Positions 38,478 to 48,952 are shown, counted from the stretch's first letter. The stretch is DNA of 64,000 nucleotides from an uncultured Candidatus Saccharibacteria bacterium (GCA_964403045.1 CAYOEP010000001.1:9009-73008); one strand, 5' to 3'. Numbers and translations: made by a program. Notes: generated by a model not told the origin, from the sequence alone.

Positions 38478-38645
38478 CTCCGCTTGGGTTTTGTTGGCAA
38501 CAATCTGCACCTGTGAGAGCGCAGAGTCATTAGCGGACTACAATTACTGAACGCCGCTTGAACTTTCTTTGAGTGGTAATCCGCCTCCTGATGGGTAGGG
38601 AGTTGCCCAGTGGCGGCGCCAAGCCGACCAAACGGCTGAGCGGAG
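38478..38645 (+). ncRNA. Candidate structured ncRNA (6S-like size and closing stem)
   Basis: Ends pair (CTCCGCTTGG/CTGAGCGGAG; GTTTTGTTGGC/GCCGACCAAAC) with G-U wobbles favouring the + strand; internal stems. Confidence 0.5.
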
Positions 38646-38685
38646 AGGGTAAGTAATCGCTTCCAAATTTTCAAAATGCCTTGAA

Positions 38686-38759
38686 TGGTCGGGCCGCCGA
38701 GATTCGAACTCGGGCTACATGCTCCCAAAGCATGCGTGCTGCCATTACACCACGGCCCG
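38686..38759 (-). tRNA. tRNA-Pro(TGG)
   Basis: CGGGCCG acceptor stem, CATGC-TTTGGGA-GCATG, CCA. Confidence 0.93.
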
Positions 38760-38803
38760 CGGCCTTCACATTAGCGCATCTTTTCGCTAGAATCAACGCC
38801 GAA

Positions 38804-38875
38804 GCCCCCGTAGCTCAATGGACAGAGCAGCGGCCTTCTAAGCCGTTGATGCGGGTTCGATTCCTGCCGGGGGTG
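38804..38875 (+). tRNA. tRNA-Arg(TCT)
   Basis: GCCCCCG acceptor stem, GCGGC-CTTCTAA-GCCGT, GGTTCGATT; CCA not encoded. Confidence 0.92.
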
Positions 38876-38973
38876 CAGGAAGTTGAGGTTGACAGTTCTA
38901 ATGCTGTGGCATTGAATAGGGAGGCAACTACGGCGTTCGTTGACAACTTTATTCTTATTAAAGGAGGTGCGGA

Positions 38974-39264
38974 ATGCGCAGGAGGAGGTTGGCGCTGTTT
39001 GGCGTGTGCGCGCTTGCGCTGGTTGCGGCGAGCTGTATGCCGACCCGGAATCCTGTTACCTTGCTCCCTAGCGGCACTGATGGAATCGCAGGATTTTGGG
39101 ATGGGCTGTGGCACGGGATTATCTCTCCTATCACGCTTTTCGCTTCAGTATTTTCGGACAAGGTGAGCATGTACAATATCTTCAACAATGGCTGGCACTA
39201 CGATGCCGGTTTTCTCATCGGCATGTGGCTTACCTTTATCTTTATGAGCGGAAAGGCTGAGTAG
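38974..39264 (+). CDS. Small conserved membrane lipoprotein-like protein
   Basis: AGGAGG SD; lipobox-like VAASC; 'GFW.GLWHG.I.P', 'NNG..YD.GF..G'. Confidence 0.75.
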   Translation: MRRRRLALFGVCALALVAASCMPTRNPVTLLPSGTDGIAGFWDGLWHGIISPITLFASVFSDKVSMYNIFNNGWHYDAGFLIGMWLTFIFMSGKAE

Positions 39265-39280
39265 GTTGTTTGTTTCTATC

Positions 39281-39311
39281 ACGCCCCTGTTGGGAAGCAG
39301 CAGGGGCGTTT
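39281..39311. terminator. Hairpin terminator-like element
   Basis: ACGCCCCTG...CAGGGGCGT followed by TT. Confidence 0.5.
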
Positions 39312-39331
39312 GCACGCTTTTTGCTTTATGG

Positions 39332-39388
39332 ATGGTGCCGCGGGAGGGAATTGAACCCCCGACGCAAGGCTCTTCAGGCCTTCGCTCT
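39332..39388 (-). repeat. 57-bp direct repeat of the tRNA-Phe 3' part (att-like)
   Basis: Identical to 41463-41519; lacks the tRNA 5' acceptor strand and most of the D-arm. Confidence 0.92.
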
Positions 39389-39389
39389 G

Positions 39390-41123
39390 CTATACATTGA
39401 GAGGCAGTGCTGCAAGCTTTACAGTAAGCCAAGGTATTGCAAGAAAGATAGTAGAAAAAAGGAAAAGGAAAGCCAATTTCTTCGCCACTCTGCGTCTTGG
39501 GCTAATCCACCAGACAGAATAGCGCGCCGTCTTCAGCTGATTAAAGAGTTCCTCATCCCCCTTCCTGATTTTTTTGAAGAAGAACGCGAGAATAAAAGCG
39601 AGAGGGATGACGAAATACAGAAGAATATACAAACCAATGTACAAAACTAGCTCCACATGACTATTACTTGGGGAGTGTATGATAAGTCTTGCCTCACGTG
39701 TTACGTTTTCCACCAGTTCCCACGAGAGAAGTTTACTTAGAATTTCAAGCGCGAGCACTGGAACTGTAATGAGATAAAGAGAAGCAGCGAGGCGCCGCCT
39801 CCAAATATATCCCTTTTCCCTAAGTGCGTTGGTGATTGAGGCAGCGCGCGGGTTTTGCTCTTTTGGCTTGATGAGGAGGGTAGTAGCTATAACTGTGCCT
39901 ATAATACTTACACAATTCGCCAGCCCTACGAGCGCAAGCGTGCGGGCGCCTTTTTTGTTGCGCAGCTCTCGGAATACGATCCATCCTCCTATCAAACTGG
40001 CGAGGACGGAAGAGAGAAAAAACAGGATGGAGCCAGATAGTATGGGGTGCTGGAAGAGAAACGAGGAATAGTGCACTCTGAAAGGTGCGCGAGGATCGAT
40101 CCATAAATCTTGAGTAAAAGCTCTTGAGGGAGCATAGATTTCAATTTTTGTGTAGGGAACTTCTGAAGGAGTAGTAGGAGCAAGATGTTTTCCTATGGAA
40201 GCTGTCTGATCAATAAAATAATTGACCTTGGTGTAGCGTCGAATCTCGTTGAAGGTTTCTGGAGTTCGGTAGCCGATGACACGGATGGTGGCAGGGATTT
40301 CTTTGTTTCCGTATGCGCTGGTAGGTAAGAGAGGGTAGTAAATTTTTGTGGTGGGGAAAGCAACAAGAACACTCCGTGAACGTGTGGTGCTCGGCGCAGT
40401 ATCAGATGCCGCAATCCAAGATACGACAAAGGTAAAATCCTTGCCGATGTAATGACTAAGAGCAGGGATGGTATTCTCCTCGATATGAAGACCCTTTTCA
40501 CGAAGGTATTGGTAGACCCCCCTTGCAGTTTTTGCAGTAATGACCTCAGCTGCAAGCCCACTTTTTTCAATGTGCTTGTAGGCGACGACATCTGTTGTAA
40601 TTGAAGGTATTGCAATTGAAGATAATGAAGCAGGAGCATCTGGGTAGTATAAAGGACCACTGTAATGAAGTCCCCAAAAGTTTCCCCATCCTCCGGCGAG
40701 AAAAATGGGGTAGAGCTGAGTTGCTGCCAAAAATCTTTTGATGGAAAAAAGTGCGAACTTTGCCTTTCCTGTAATCTCTTCCCCTCGCAGTTGTGGAAAA
40801 TTGCTCTTAAGATCAACAGTGACTTTCGTTGGCGGCGCGGGAACAGGAAAGATCCACACCGCATCTTCTCTTGATGCCTGTAAGTTGATACTAAGAAGCA
40901 TTTTTTCTATCCCATTCTCATAACCGATGAGAGCCTGCTGACTATATTCATCGGCATAAGTCCAGTCGCCCCATCTTTTTGGTTCGTTGAGGTAGGGAGA
41001 AACGATTTTAGAGGGGTACCTGATGACTATCCCATCTGCGAATGTATAAGAGGGAGCGAGTGTTAAAGCGAAGAGGGCGACCACGGTGACAGGAAGTAAA
41101 ATTGTTGCAAGGGGTATTTTCAT
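39390..41123 (-). CDS. DUF2330-like exported domain plus C-terminal multi-TM protein
   Basis: Signal peptide; 'Q.A.I.Y..G.E...L', 'WIFPVPA.P', 'L.HY..K...FV'; several C-terminal TMs. Confidence 0.65.
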   Translation of the reverse strand: MKIPLATILLPVTVVALFALTLAPSYTFADGIVIRYPSKIVSPYLNEPKRWGDWTYADEYSQQALIGYENGIEKMLLSINLQASREDAVWIFPVPAPPTKVTVDLKSNFPQLRGEEITGKAKFALFSIKRFLAATQLYPIFLAGGWGNFWGLHYSGPLYYPDAPASLSSIAIPSITTDVVAYKHIEKSGLAAEVITAKTARGVYQYLREKGLHIEENTIPALSHYIGKDFTFVVSWIAASDTAPSTTRSRSVLVAFPTTKIYYPLLPTSAYGNKEIPATIRVIGYRTPETFNEIRRYTKVNYFIDQTASIGKHLAPTTPSEVPYTKIEIYAPSRAFTQDLWIDPRAPFRVHYSSFLFQHPILSGSILFFLSSVLASLIGGWIVFRELRNKKGARTLALVGLANCVSIIGTVIATTLLIKPKEQNPRAASITNALREKGYIWRRRLAASLYLITVPVLALEILSKLLSWELVENVTREARLIIHSPSNSHVELVLYIGLYILLYFVIPLAFILAFFFKKIRKGDEELFNQLKTARYSVWWISPRRRVAKKLAFLFLFSTIFLAIPWLTVKLAALPLNV

Positions 41124-41463
41124 GTATAGAAAAAAGATCTTTTCCGGGTAGCTGATTTCTTGCTATTTTAGCACATTGCGTTGGTATTTTAGATGCAACG
41201 TACAGCTGAACACCTTAGCTTGGAGATTTGAATATGGCACTAGCTTCAACTTGGAAACTAGCAGTTTATGTAGCCTCCTGAACTTGAGGTTTTCCTGAAG
41301 AAAAGTGGCAACACGGCAACACCTGGATTGCCTCTAGTTTGAGAAGAGAGTGAATGAAGTGAACGCTCCCCGTGATATGTGATATAAGTAGGAGACTAAG
41401 GAATGCGAAGAGATAGATGCCACGGATTATGGGGCATGATGATGTGGAATAAGGAAGGGGGTA

Positions 41464-41538
41464 TGGTGCCGCGGGAGGGAATTGAACCCCCGACGCAAGG
41501 CTCTTCAGGCCTTCGCTCTACCACTGAGCTACCGCGGC
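41464..41538 (-). tRNA. tRNA-Phe(GAA)
   Basis: GCCGCGG acceptor stem, AAGGC-CTGAAGA-GCCTT, CCA. Confidence 0.95.
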
Positions 41539-41589
41539 AGGAACTACCGGGTATAGCGTACTCGATTTTTTATTTCTGCGCAATATTTT

Positions 41590-42696
41590 TTACTGCTTTG
41601 TTGCGAGGCTGAGCAGGAGACGTCGCTCTTCCGGCTTCAGTGCTTTTACTACAAACCGATAGGTTGTGCCAAGAGAAAGGCGTTGCTTCATCTCGTCCAC
41701 ACTGCCGAATTCTGAAACATGGATAATGCCTTGAAGATCATGGGGAAGATCGATAACTGCTCCGAAGGGGTTAAATTTATAAACGACCCCTTCTACTTCA
41801 TCGCCATCCTTGAAGTACTCTGCCGCTTTCTCCCATGGATCTTCCATCAGCGCTTTGAAGGAGAGAAAGACTTTCCCGTTCCGGATATCAATAATTTTTG
41901 CTTTCCGCACCTCGTTGAGCTTTACGCTCTCCTTGGGATTGGTAATGAGTCGATGGTCTACTTCTGATACGTGCACGAGGCCCTCGATGGAAGGGTTGTC
42001 AACGAATTTCACAAACACGCCGAAATCGGCAATTCCCGACACCATCACATCAACATCTTGCCCCACTTCGTAGTGCTCGAGGAGCTCTTTGAGGTTTGGC
42101 ATCAGGGTTTCGCGTTCGGAAATAATCAGCTTTTTGCTGCGGGGGTTGACATCGATAATTTTGACGTTCAGTTCTTGACCCACGAACTCCTTAAGCGCTT
42201 CTGCAATTTTTTGGCGATCTCCCTGCTCGACGACAGGGTAGTGTTCGCTGGAAAGGCGAGAAACAGGGAGAAATGCCTTCAAGTCGAGCACATTCGCGAT
42301 AAGCCCTCCCGATGAGCTGCCGATGATTTTTGCTTTCACTATCTCGCCGCTTTCTTGGAGTTCTTTTGCTTGTTGCCACAAGCGCTGCTTGTCTGCCTCT
42401 GAGAGGGAAAGTTCCACATATCCTTCGTCATTTTCGATGCAAACCACTTTTGCGTGTACGGTGTCACCGGGCTTGAGGGATTTCAGGAGGTCTTTCGCGT
42501 TCTGCATCTCGATACCATAGACGATGCCAGTGCCAAGATTGCCGATGGCAAAGAACACGCGCCGTGGCTCCTTTTTTAAGAGCACGGCTTCCACAATGTC
42601 GTTTTCTTGAATGGGCTTGTACTTTTTGAGCGATTTTTTAAACCACTGATAGAACGGGTTTTGTGGCTTTTTTGCGGTAAGCGATGCCATCATCAT
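41590..42696 (-). CDS. rpsA: 30S ribosomal protein S1 (four S1 domains)
   Basis: Repeated S1 motifs 'AFLP.S', 'DFGVFV...EGLVHVSE', 'PFGA...GIIHVSE'. Confidence 0.88.
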   Translation of the reverse strand: MMMASLTAKKPQNPFYQWFKKSLKKYKPIQENDIVEAVLLKKEPRRVFFAIGNLGTGIVYGIEMQNAKDLLKSLKPGDTVHAKVVCIENDEGYVELSLSEADKQRLWQQAKELQESGEIVKAKIIGSSSGGLIANVLDLKAFLPVSRLSSEHYPVVEQGDRQKIAEALKEFVGQELNVKIIDVNPRSKKLIISERETLMPNLKELLEHYEVGQDVDVMVSGIADFGVFVKFVDNPSIEGLVHVSEVDHRLITNPKESVKLNEVRKAKIIDIRNGKVFLSFKALMEDPWEKAAEYFKDGDEVEGVVYKFNPFGAVIDLPHDLQGIIHVSEFGSVDEMKQRLSLGTTYRFVVKALKPEERRLLLSLATKQ

Positions 42697-42820
42697 AGAT
42701 TCCGTCCTGTGCTTTCAGTCATTGTGCACAGGAGACGAGAGGGATTATAGGAGAGCGGGGAGAAAAATGCAAGCATGCGAGAATTGCAGCAGAGCGGGAA
42801 ATAGCGTACAATGAGGCGGC

Positions 42821-43381
42821 ATGGTGGTGCAGTATTTTGGCGATGGCTATTTTCGTATTGCGAGCGGCGAGGCAACACTATTGATCGATCCCCCCGCTCG
42901 TGCGAGGGCAAAAGGCGGGGTGCGGCTTATAACAAAAATTGCCCCCGGATCATTTTTGCCTGTTGCTCGTGACGAAGTGCGGTTTCCCGGCGAATACGAG
43001 CTTGAAGGATGGGAAATCGAAGGAGTGTCACTCCAAGATGGCGCGTCGACAGTTTACGCCGTGCGCCGCGAGGATATCACAATGGGGATTTTTGGCGCAT
43101 TGCGGGAGACGCATCTCGGCGAGGTGATGGAAAAACTTGGCAGTATTGATATTCTTGTGTGCACGCTCCCGTCCGGGAAGGATGCTTCCTTTTCAGTTGC
43201 CGAGAAGGCGCTGAAAGCGCTCGAACCCCCGCTCGCGATTGTCGGCGCGGAGCCGCGCGAGGCATCCCGCATTATGGAAAAATTTAATTCGCGGGCGGAA
43301 CGGCTGGAGAAGGTAACGGTAAAAAGGAAAGATCTTACAGAAGGGGAACGGCTCATCGTACTTACGCCGCTGGCAAAATAA
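42821..43381 (+). CDS. Degenerate MBL-fold protein (Lactamase_B_3-like) upstream of gyrA
   Basis: '.Y.G...F.I......LIDP', 'PGEYE..G..I.G', 'IDIL'; His metal ligands missing. Confidence 0.7.
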   Translation: MVVQYFGDGYFRIASGEATLLIDPPARARAKGGVRLITKIAPGSFLPVARDEVRFPGEYELEGWEIEGVSLQDGASTVYAVRREDITMGIFGALRETHLGEVMEKLGSIDILVCTLPSGKDASFSVAEKALKALEPPLAIVGAEPREASRIMEKFNSRAERLEKVTVKRKDLTEGERLIVLTPLAK

Positions 43382-43383
43382 CT

Positions 43384-45810
43384 ATGGCACAAATTGAGAA
43401 GCGTCCCATCACGAATGAACTCAAGGAATCCTACCTCGATTACGCGATGTCGGTGATTGTGTCGCGCGCGCTCCCGGACGCGCGGGACGGCCTCAAACCG
43501 GTGCATCGGCGAATTCTTTGGGCGATGTGGGAGAGCGGGCTTACCCATAGCACGAAGTTTCGGAAATCTGCCAACGTGGTGGGAGAGACATTAGGAAAAT
43601 ACCACCCTCACGGCGATGCTGCGGTCTATGACGCGCTTGTGCGGATGGCGCAGGAATTTTCCATGCGCTACCCCATCATTGAGGGGCAGGGAAATTTTGG
43701 ATCGGTGGATGGCGATTCGGCCGCAGCAATGCGCTACACAGAGGTGCGCCTCGCAAAAATTGCCGAGGAGCTCCTGCGTGATATTGAGAAGGATACAGTA
43801 GATTGGCGCCCCAACTATGACGGAACTCGAAAGGAGCCGGTGGTGCTTCCCGCCAAATTGCCGCACCTCCTCTTAAACGGAACGCTGGGCATCGCGGTGG
43901 GGATGGCGACCAACATTCCGCCGCACAACTTGGCTGAACTGGTGGATGCAATTTTATACCTTGCTGACCATCCCAAGGCGACACATCAGGAATTGATGCG
44001 CATTATCCAGGGACCTGACTTTCCCACGGGAGGTCTGATTTTCAATCGCGAGGAAATTGTACGCGCATACGCTGAGGGACGCGGGACGATTACGATGCGC
44101 GCCCGCGTGGAGATGGAAGAGCGCAAAAAGAAGAGCGGCAGCTCAAGCTGGGCGATCGTGGTTACCGAGCTTCCCTATCAAGTCAACAAGGCAGAGCTCA
44201 TCGCCCGCATTGCCGCGCTGGTGCAGGAGAAAAAGATCGAAGGCATCCGTGACTTGCGCGATGAATCAGACAAGGAAGGCTTACGGGTAGTCATCGAGCT
44301 GAAGGGAGAGGTAGCGCCGCAGAAGGTGTTGAACTATCTCTACCGCCACACTGATCTTCAGCGGGATTTTCATATGAATCTTGTTGCACTCACTGACGGG
44401 CTCCAGCCGCAGCTGCTCTCCATTAAGGAAGCGCTCCAAATCTATCTTGATCATCGCAAGGAAGTAGTCCGCCGCCGCACACAGTTTGATCTTAACCGCG
44501 CGAAGGAGCGGGCACACATCCTTGAGGGGCTTGCGAAAGCACTCCACGCTATTGACAGAGTCATTGCAACCATTAAGAAAGCGAAAGACAAAGAGGACGC
44601 GCGCTCCAAGTTGGTGCGTCAATTTTCCCTGACTGAAGCGCAGGCAACAGCGATTCTTGAAATGCGTCTCCAGACGCTCGCCGCTCTTGAGCGGAAAAAG
44701 ATAGAAGATGAGCTAAAAGAGAAGAAAAAGCTTATCAAGGAACTGACATTAATCCTGAAAAGCCCCGCGCGTATGCTTGCCGTGATCAAAGGAGAGCTTC
44801 GGGAGCTGAAGGAGCAGTACGGCGATCCGCGGCGCACCAAGGTGGTGGCGCGCCCTGTCGCGACATTGACTGAGGAGGATTATGTGCAGGAAGAGGAGGT
44901 GGTGATTACGCTCTCTGCTGGTGGCTATATCAAGCGTATTGCGCCGGGGGCGTTTCGCAGTCAACGACGCGGAGGCAAAGGGTTAATTGGCTCTGATGTG
45001 GGTGACGAGGACTTTATCAGCCATTTTCTCTGCGCGCACACGCACGACCGCATTCTGTTCTTTACCGATCGCGGCAAAGTGTTTCAAGCAAGAGGCTATG
45101 AAATACCGCAAGGAAGCCGCACCGCGAAAGGAAAAGCAGTACACCACTTTCTTGAAATTGCACCCTCCGACCGTATCAGCGCGATTGTAAATGTAGGCAA
45201 GGAGGATGAGGCGAAATATCTTGTGATGGCAACGGAATCAGGGATGATCAAGAAAACTTCTCTCAACCAGTTTCGCAACATTCGCCGCACTGGCATTATG
45301 GCTATTGACTTGAAGAAAGGCGATGCGCTGCGCTGGGTGGGTACTTCCCGCGGCAACGATGAAATTCTCCTCATTACGCGGAAAGGGCAGGCAATTCGGT
45401 TCCGCGAGAGCCAGGTGCGGGCAACGGGACGGAACAGTGCAGGAGTACGTGCAATTCGCCTTAAACAGGGGGATAAAGTTATCGGCTTTGATATAATTCG
45501 AGAGAAGGACAGTGCGAAAGTGCTTACGGTTATGGAGAATGGATTTGCAAAACAAACTCCTCTTGCGCAGTACAAGCTGCAGCAACGGGGCGGGTTAGGG
45601 ATTAAGACTGCCAACATTACCGAGAAAACAGGAGAAATTGTGGCAGGGAGAATAGTCACGCAAGAGGAGGAAATCCTCGCCCTTTCCGCGAAGGGCCAAA
45701 TTATCAAGACGGCACTCGCGAGCGTGCGCACTACAAGTCGCGCCGCGCAAGGGGTGCGTATTATGCACCTCAAGAAAGGAGATTCTATCGCGGGGATCGT
45801 GGTAAGATAG
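43384..45810 (+). CDS. gyrA: DNA gyrase subunit A
   Basis: '[15 protein letters not shown]', 'YHPHGD', 'AAMRYTE', GyrA box QRRGGKG. Confidence 0.97.
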   Translation: MAQIEKRPITNELKESYLDYAMSVIVSRALPDARDGLKPVHRRILWAMWESGLTHSTKFRKSANVVGETLGKYHPHGDAAVYDALVRMAQEFSMRYPIIEGQGNFGSVDGDSAAAMRYTEVRLAKIAEELLRDIEKDTVDWRPNYDGTRKEPVVLPAKLPHLLLNGTLGIAVGMATNIPPHNLAELVDAILYLADHPKATHQELMRIIQGPDFPTGGLIFNREEIVRAYAEGRGTITMRARVEMEERKKKSGSSSWAIVVTELPYQVNKAELIARIAALVQEKKIEGIRDLRDESDKEGLRVVIELKGEVAPQKVLNYLYRHTDLQRDFHMNLVALTDGLQPQLLSIKEALQIYLDHRKEVVRRRTQFDLNRAKERAHILEGLAKALHAIDRVIATIKKAKDKEDARSKLVRQFSLTEAQATAILEMRLQTLAALERKKIEDELKEKKKLIKELTLILKSPARMLAVIKGELRELKEQYGDPRRTKVVARPVATLTEEDYVQEEEVVITLSAGGYIKRIAPGAFRSQRRGGKGLIGSDVGDEDFISHFLCAHTHDRILFFTDRGKVFQARGYEIPQGSRTAKGKAVHHFLEIAPSDRISAIVNVGKEDEAKYLVMATESGMIKKTSLNQFRNIRRTGIMAIDLKKGDALRWVGTSRGNDEILLITRKGQAIRFRESQVRATGRNSAGVRAIRLKQGDKVIGFDIIREKDSAKVLTVMENGFAKQTPLAQYKLQQRGGLGIKTANITEKTGEIVAGRIVTQEEEILALSAKGQIIKTALASVRTTSRAAQGVRIMHLKKGDSIAGIVVR

Positions 45811-45817
45811 GAAGAGT

Positions 45818-47125
45818 ATGCCGTTTGGCTTAACACAAAAACAGCTCGCCATTGTGCTCATCGGGGCTATTCTAGTGGGAGGCATTGGCTTTTTCCTCTA
45901 CATTAACATGGGCGGTAAGCGTAATAGCAGCGGCGTGCCGGGAGGGGATGTTATCGAGTTAACAGCATGGGGCCCCTTTCCTGAAGCGATGCTTAAGGAC
46001 GCAATCGATAGTTTTGATGGCGCCAAAATTATCTACACCCAAATCGAACCTTCGAAGTATAAGAAGAAGCTTTTGGATGCGCTTGCGGCAGGCAAGGGGC
46101 CGGATATCTACATGGTGGATAGCCGCGCGCTTCCTCAAGAGCTGGAGAGGATTGTGTCTGCTCCCGGCGGGAAGATTACGCCGGTAGAAGTGCAGCAGCT
46201 TTTTCCCGATGTAGTAACGCACGATTTTGTATATGAGTCAGAAGATGGCACTCCAAATATTTACGGGCTCCCGCTCTACCTTGACACACTTGCCCTTGTC
46301 TACAACAAAGATATTTTCAACCAAGAAGCCGTCCTCCGTCCTCCTGCTACTTGGGAGGAATTCCAGCAGGTCGTGCAGCATCTTCGTAAACTTAATCAGT
46401 ACGGGCAAATTACCCGCGCCGCCGCCGCGATAGGGGGCTCAAAGAAAAGCATCGCAAACGCGGTGGATATTTTAAACCTCTTGATGCTGCAAAATGGCAC
46501 AAAATTTGTGGACGAAAAGACAGGACACGCGGTTTTTGCTGGAGGCAGGGCTGGGGAAGAGGCGTTGAACTTCTATCTTCAGTTTGGCAACGCGGGATCC
46601 CCCTACTACACCTGGAATGATCTGCAGGGCGACTTCCTCCAGCGGTTTGTGGACGGAAAAGTGGCGATGATTTTTGCCTATAAGTCGCAGGTAAACGACA
46701 TTCTCGCCCGCGCCCCGTTCCTCAATTTTGCAATTGCCCCTGTGCCGCAGCCGGAAGGGAGGGAAGTGGACGTCAACTATCCTTCCTATTGGGGACTTGT
46801 AGTCTCATCGCAAACGAGGGAGCCGGAGGTGGCATGGGACTTTGTAGTGCACGCGGCAACAGACGAGGACGCTGCACAAGCAAGAATTACCGCTACCAAC
46901 TTGCCCCCCGCACTCAAATCGCTCTATGAGCCTTTGCTGAATGATCCTAGCTACTACGCGTTCGTACAGGAGGCACTGACGGCGAAATCGTGGCACCAGC
47001 CGGATGAAGAGCTCGTGCAAGAGATATTTTCTACAGCAATGCAGCGTGTGCTTGCGGGGAAAACGGATGTGCAGGGGGCGCTGCAGGAGGCTGAGGAGAA
47101 ATTGAACGAGGAAGTACTACAATGA
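45818..47125 (+). CDS. Sugar-type extracellular solute-binding protein (no permease nearby)
   Basis: N-terminal TM; 'ALAAG.GPDI', 'YGLPL..DTL.L.YNKD.F', 'PP.TW.EF', 'F..GK.AM'. Confidence 0.85.
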   Translation: MPFGLTQKQLAIVLIGAILVGGIGFFLYINMGGKRNSSGVPGGDVIELTAWGPFPEAMLKDAIDSFDGAKIIYTQIEPSKYKKKLLDALAAGKGPDIYMVDSRALPQELERIVSAPGGKITPVEVQQLFPDVVTHDFVYESEDGTPNIYGLPLYLDTLALVYNKDIFNQEAVLRPPATWEEFQQVVQHLRKLNQYGQITRAAAAIGGSKKSIANAVDILNLLMLQNGTKFVDEKTGHAVFAGGRAGEEALNFYLQFGNAGSPYYTWNDLQGDFLQRFVDGKVAMIFAYKSQVNDILARAPFLNFAIAPVPQPEGREVDVNYPSYWGLVVSSQTREPEVAWDFVVHAATDEDAAQARITATNLPPALKSLYEPLLNDPSYYAFVQEALTAKSWHQPDEELVQEIFSTAMQRVLAGKTDVQGALQEAEEKLNEEVLQ

Positions 47126-47595
47126 AGATAATGCATAGCTGGAAAAAAAAGGTATTTCCGACCTTTGTCGCCCTCGCCACAGGAATTCTGGTTGCCCGCC
47201 CCGCGAGTGCCCACAGCATTGGGCTTCCGTACTGGCCTTCCAAGAGTAACCCAATCGTGCCGTGCAGTGCGTTGGGAACTGGTGGAAGGCCGGCTTGCAC
47301 CAGCTGGTGCGATCTTATTCACCTTGCCCAGCACGTGATTTATTTTCTGCTCACGCTTGCTATCTTTATCGTCGGACCGTTTATGATAGGGGTAGGAGGC
47401 ATTATGCTGATGATTTCGGCGGGCGCTCCGGAGCGGATGGCGCAGGGCAAGAAGGTGCTCACCGGTGCGGTAATTGGAATGCTGATCGGGCTGTTTTCCT
47501 ATCTCATCGTGGGTACCATTTTCTTCCTTATTGGGATAACATTTGGATGGAGGGGAAGCAACGGCAACTGGTCGTCAATACAATGTAGAGTATGA
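47122..47595 (+). CDS. VirB2/TrbC-like pilin 1
   Basis: Signal (ASA), 'IVPC...C..CD', two TMs around 'SAGAPE...GKK..T.AVIG'. Confidence 0.8.
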   Translation: MKIMHSWKKKVFPTFVALATGILVARPASAHSIGLPYWPSKSNPIVPCSALGTGGRPACTSWCDLIHLAQHVIYFLLTLAIFIVGPFMIGVGGIMLMISAGAPERMAQGKKVLTGAVIGMLIGLFSYLIVGTIFFLIGITFGWRGSNGNWSSIQCRV

Positions 47596-47957
47596 GGAAG
47601 AATCTTTTTCAGTTGAGGTGGTGCCTATCGGTGTTCAGGAGCTATGTGTATTCGCTGGGCATAGTGAGTATTGTGCAAGCAGGCGGGTATGGGTATGGGT
47701 CCTTTAACCTGCCAAGCCCTATCGGCTGTGAGGATTTTGGCTGTGTGGCAGAGAAGATCGCGATTGCCCTAAGCTATCTCGCCGTGCCTATCCTTACGGT
47801 AATGGTGCTTGTGGGCGGCTACCAGATTATGTTTTCCGCGGGCAACCCAGAGAAACTCAAAGCAGGCAAGCGCACAATCCTCTATGCGGCGATTGGCTTC
47901 CTCGTGGTGCTCATTGCCCAGTCGGCACGGCTTATCATTATGAGTATTTTTACTTAA
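47592..47957 (+). CDS. VirB2/TrbC-like pilin 2
   Basis: 'GGYQIMFSAGNPEKLKAGKRTILYAAIG'. Confidence 0.82.
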   Translation: MRKNLFQLRWCLSVFRSYVYSLGIVSIVQAGGYGYGSFNLPSPIGCEDFGCVAEKIAIALSYLAVPILTVMVLVGGYQIMFSAGNPEKLKAGKRTILYAAIGFLVVLIAQSARLIIMSIFT

Positions 47958-48023
47958 TATGGTACAATAAAGAACGTGCATGTGGACATCGAAAGGTCGT
48001 TTATTTAAAATGAGGGCGAGTGC

Positions 48024-48443
48024 ATGAGACTAAGCAAAGAAAAATTTATAGGAATCTTTCGAGAAGGTGTAATAAAAGTAATTGTTCCAGTTACAATTAC
48101 TGTAGCAGGGCTTTGGCGAGCGCCTCTTGCTTATGGCCTACTAGCAGTGCGCAATGATGCGCCGCAGCTTAAAGTGCGGGACTGGAAAGGTATAGAAACT
48201 ATGCTTTGTAACTTTGCGGATACAATGGCGGTGCTCTTCTTTGTGGTTGCTGTAGTGTTTACATTAGTTGCGGCATATCAGTATCTTGTATCAGGGGGTG
48301 ATACCGAGAAAGTTAAGAAGGCGTCCAAGACTCTCACATATACAGCAGTAGCGGTAGTGGTGGCGTTGTTGGCGTTCGCATTTCCACGAATAGTCTTTTC
48401 TATTTTTGGGGGTGGTAGAATGAATGATGCGTGTGCGAGTTAA
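48024..48443 (+). CDS. VirB2/TrbC-like pilin 3
   Basis: 'AAYQYLVSGGDTEKVKKA..TLTYTAVA'. Confidence 0.82.
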   Translation: MRLSKEKFIGIFREGVIKVIVPVTITVAGLWRAPLAYGLLAVRNDAPQLKVRDWKGIETMLCNFADTMAVLFFVVAVVFTLVAAYQYLVSGGDTEKVKKASKTLTYTAVAVVVALLAFAFPRIVFSIFGGGRMNDACAS

Positions 48444-48484
48444 CTTATATCAGTATAAATTGAGATCAAAGGTCGAAAAAGTGT

Positions 48485-48868
48485 GTGCAGCAAAAAACTA
48501 TGCGTAAGGTTGTAAAAGGGATGGCAAGTATCGCAGCGTTAGTAGTTCCGGTAGTAGCGCTCGCGGCTGGGAATGCAGGCGGGCCTAACCCTGTTCCTGA
48601 CTCTCCCATCAAAACCATTTCAGGTGCGCTCCAGCTTCTCTGTAGGATTTTTGCGTGGCTGTTTACCTTCTTCATCGTCATTGCCGTCATCTTCGTGTTG
48701 CTTGCTGCGTGGAAGTATCTCACTGCGGCAGGTGATGCGGACAAGGTGAAGTCAGCGAACCAGAGCTTGATTTATGCCGCGGTTGCGGTTGGCGTGGCGC
48801 TTATCGCAAAGGGAGTCCCCACGATTGTGTCTACATTGATGGGCGGGCAGGACATTACTGCCTGCTGA
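48485..48868 (+). CDS. VirB2/TrbC-like pilin 4
   Basis: 'AAWKYLTAAGDADKVKSANQSLIYAAVA'; start may be ATG 48500. Confidence 0.82.
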   Translation: MQQKTMRKVVKGMASIAALVVPVVALAAGNAGGPNPVPDSPIKTISGALQLLCRIFAWLFTFFIVIAVIFVLLAAWKYLTAAGDADKVKSANQSLIYAAVAVGVALIAKGVPTIVSTLMGGQDITAC

Positions 48869-48913
48869 TAATTCCTATAGCGAGGACTTGCCTCTAAGTC
48901 TAGATAGAAATTT

Positions 48914-48946
48914 AAAGCCCCCGGCACGTGTTGTGTTGGGGGCTTT
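48914..48946. terminator. Bidirectional-type terminator between convergent operons
   Basis: AAAGCCCCC...GGGGGCTTT inverted repeat. Confidence 0.7.
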
Positions 48947-48952
48947 GAGGTT

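Noticed and set aside
38460-38680. RNase P RNA on the minus strand (GAAAGTTC and ACAAAAC motifs)
   Set aside because: No P4 complementarity, too short, and G-U pairing favours the + strand
39332-39388. Second tRNA-Phe gene
   Set aside because: Lacks the 5' acceptor strand and most of the D-arm; it is an att-like duplication
41124-41462. Possible integrase remnant inside the tRNA-Phe islet
   Set aside because: No recognisable recombinase motif or credible ORF by eye; tblastx would be needed
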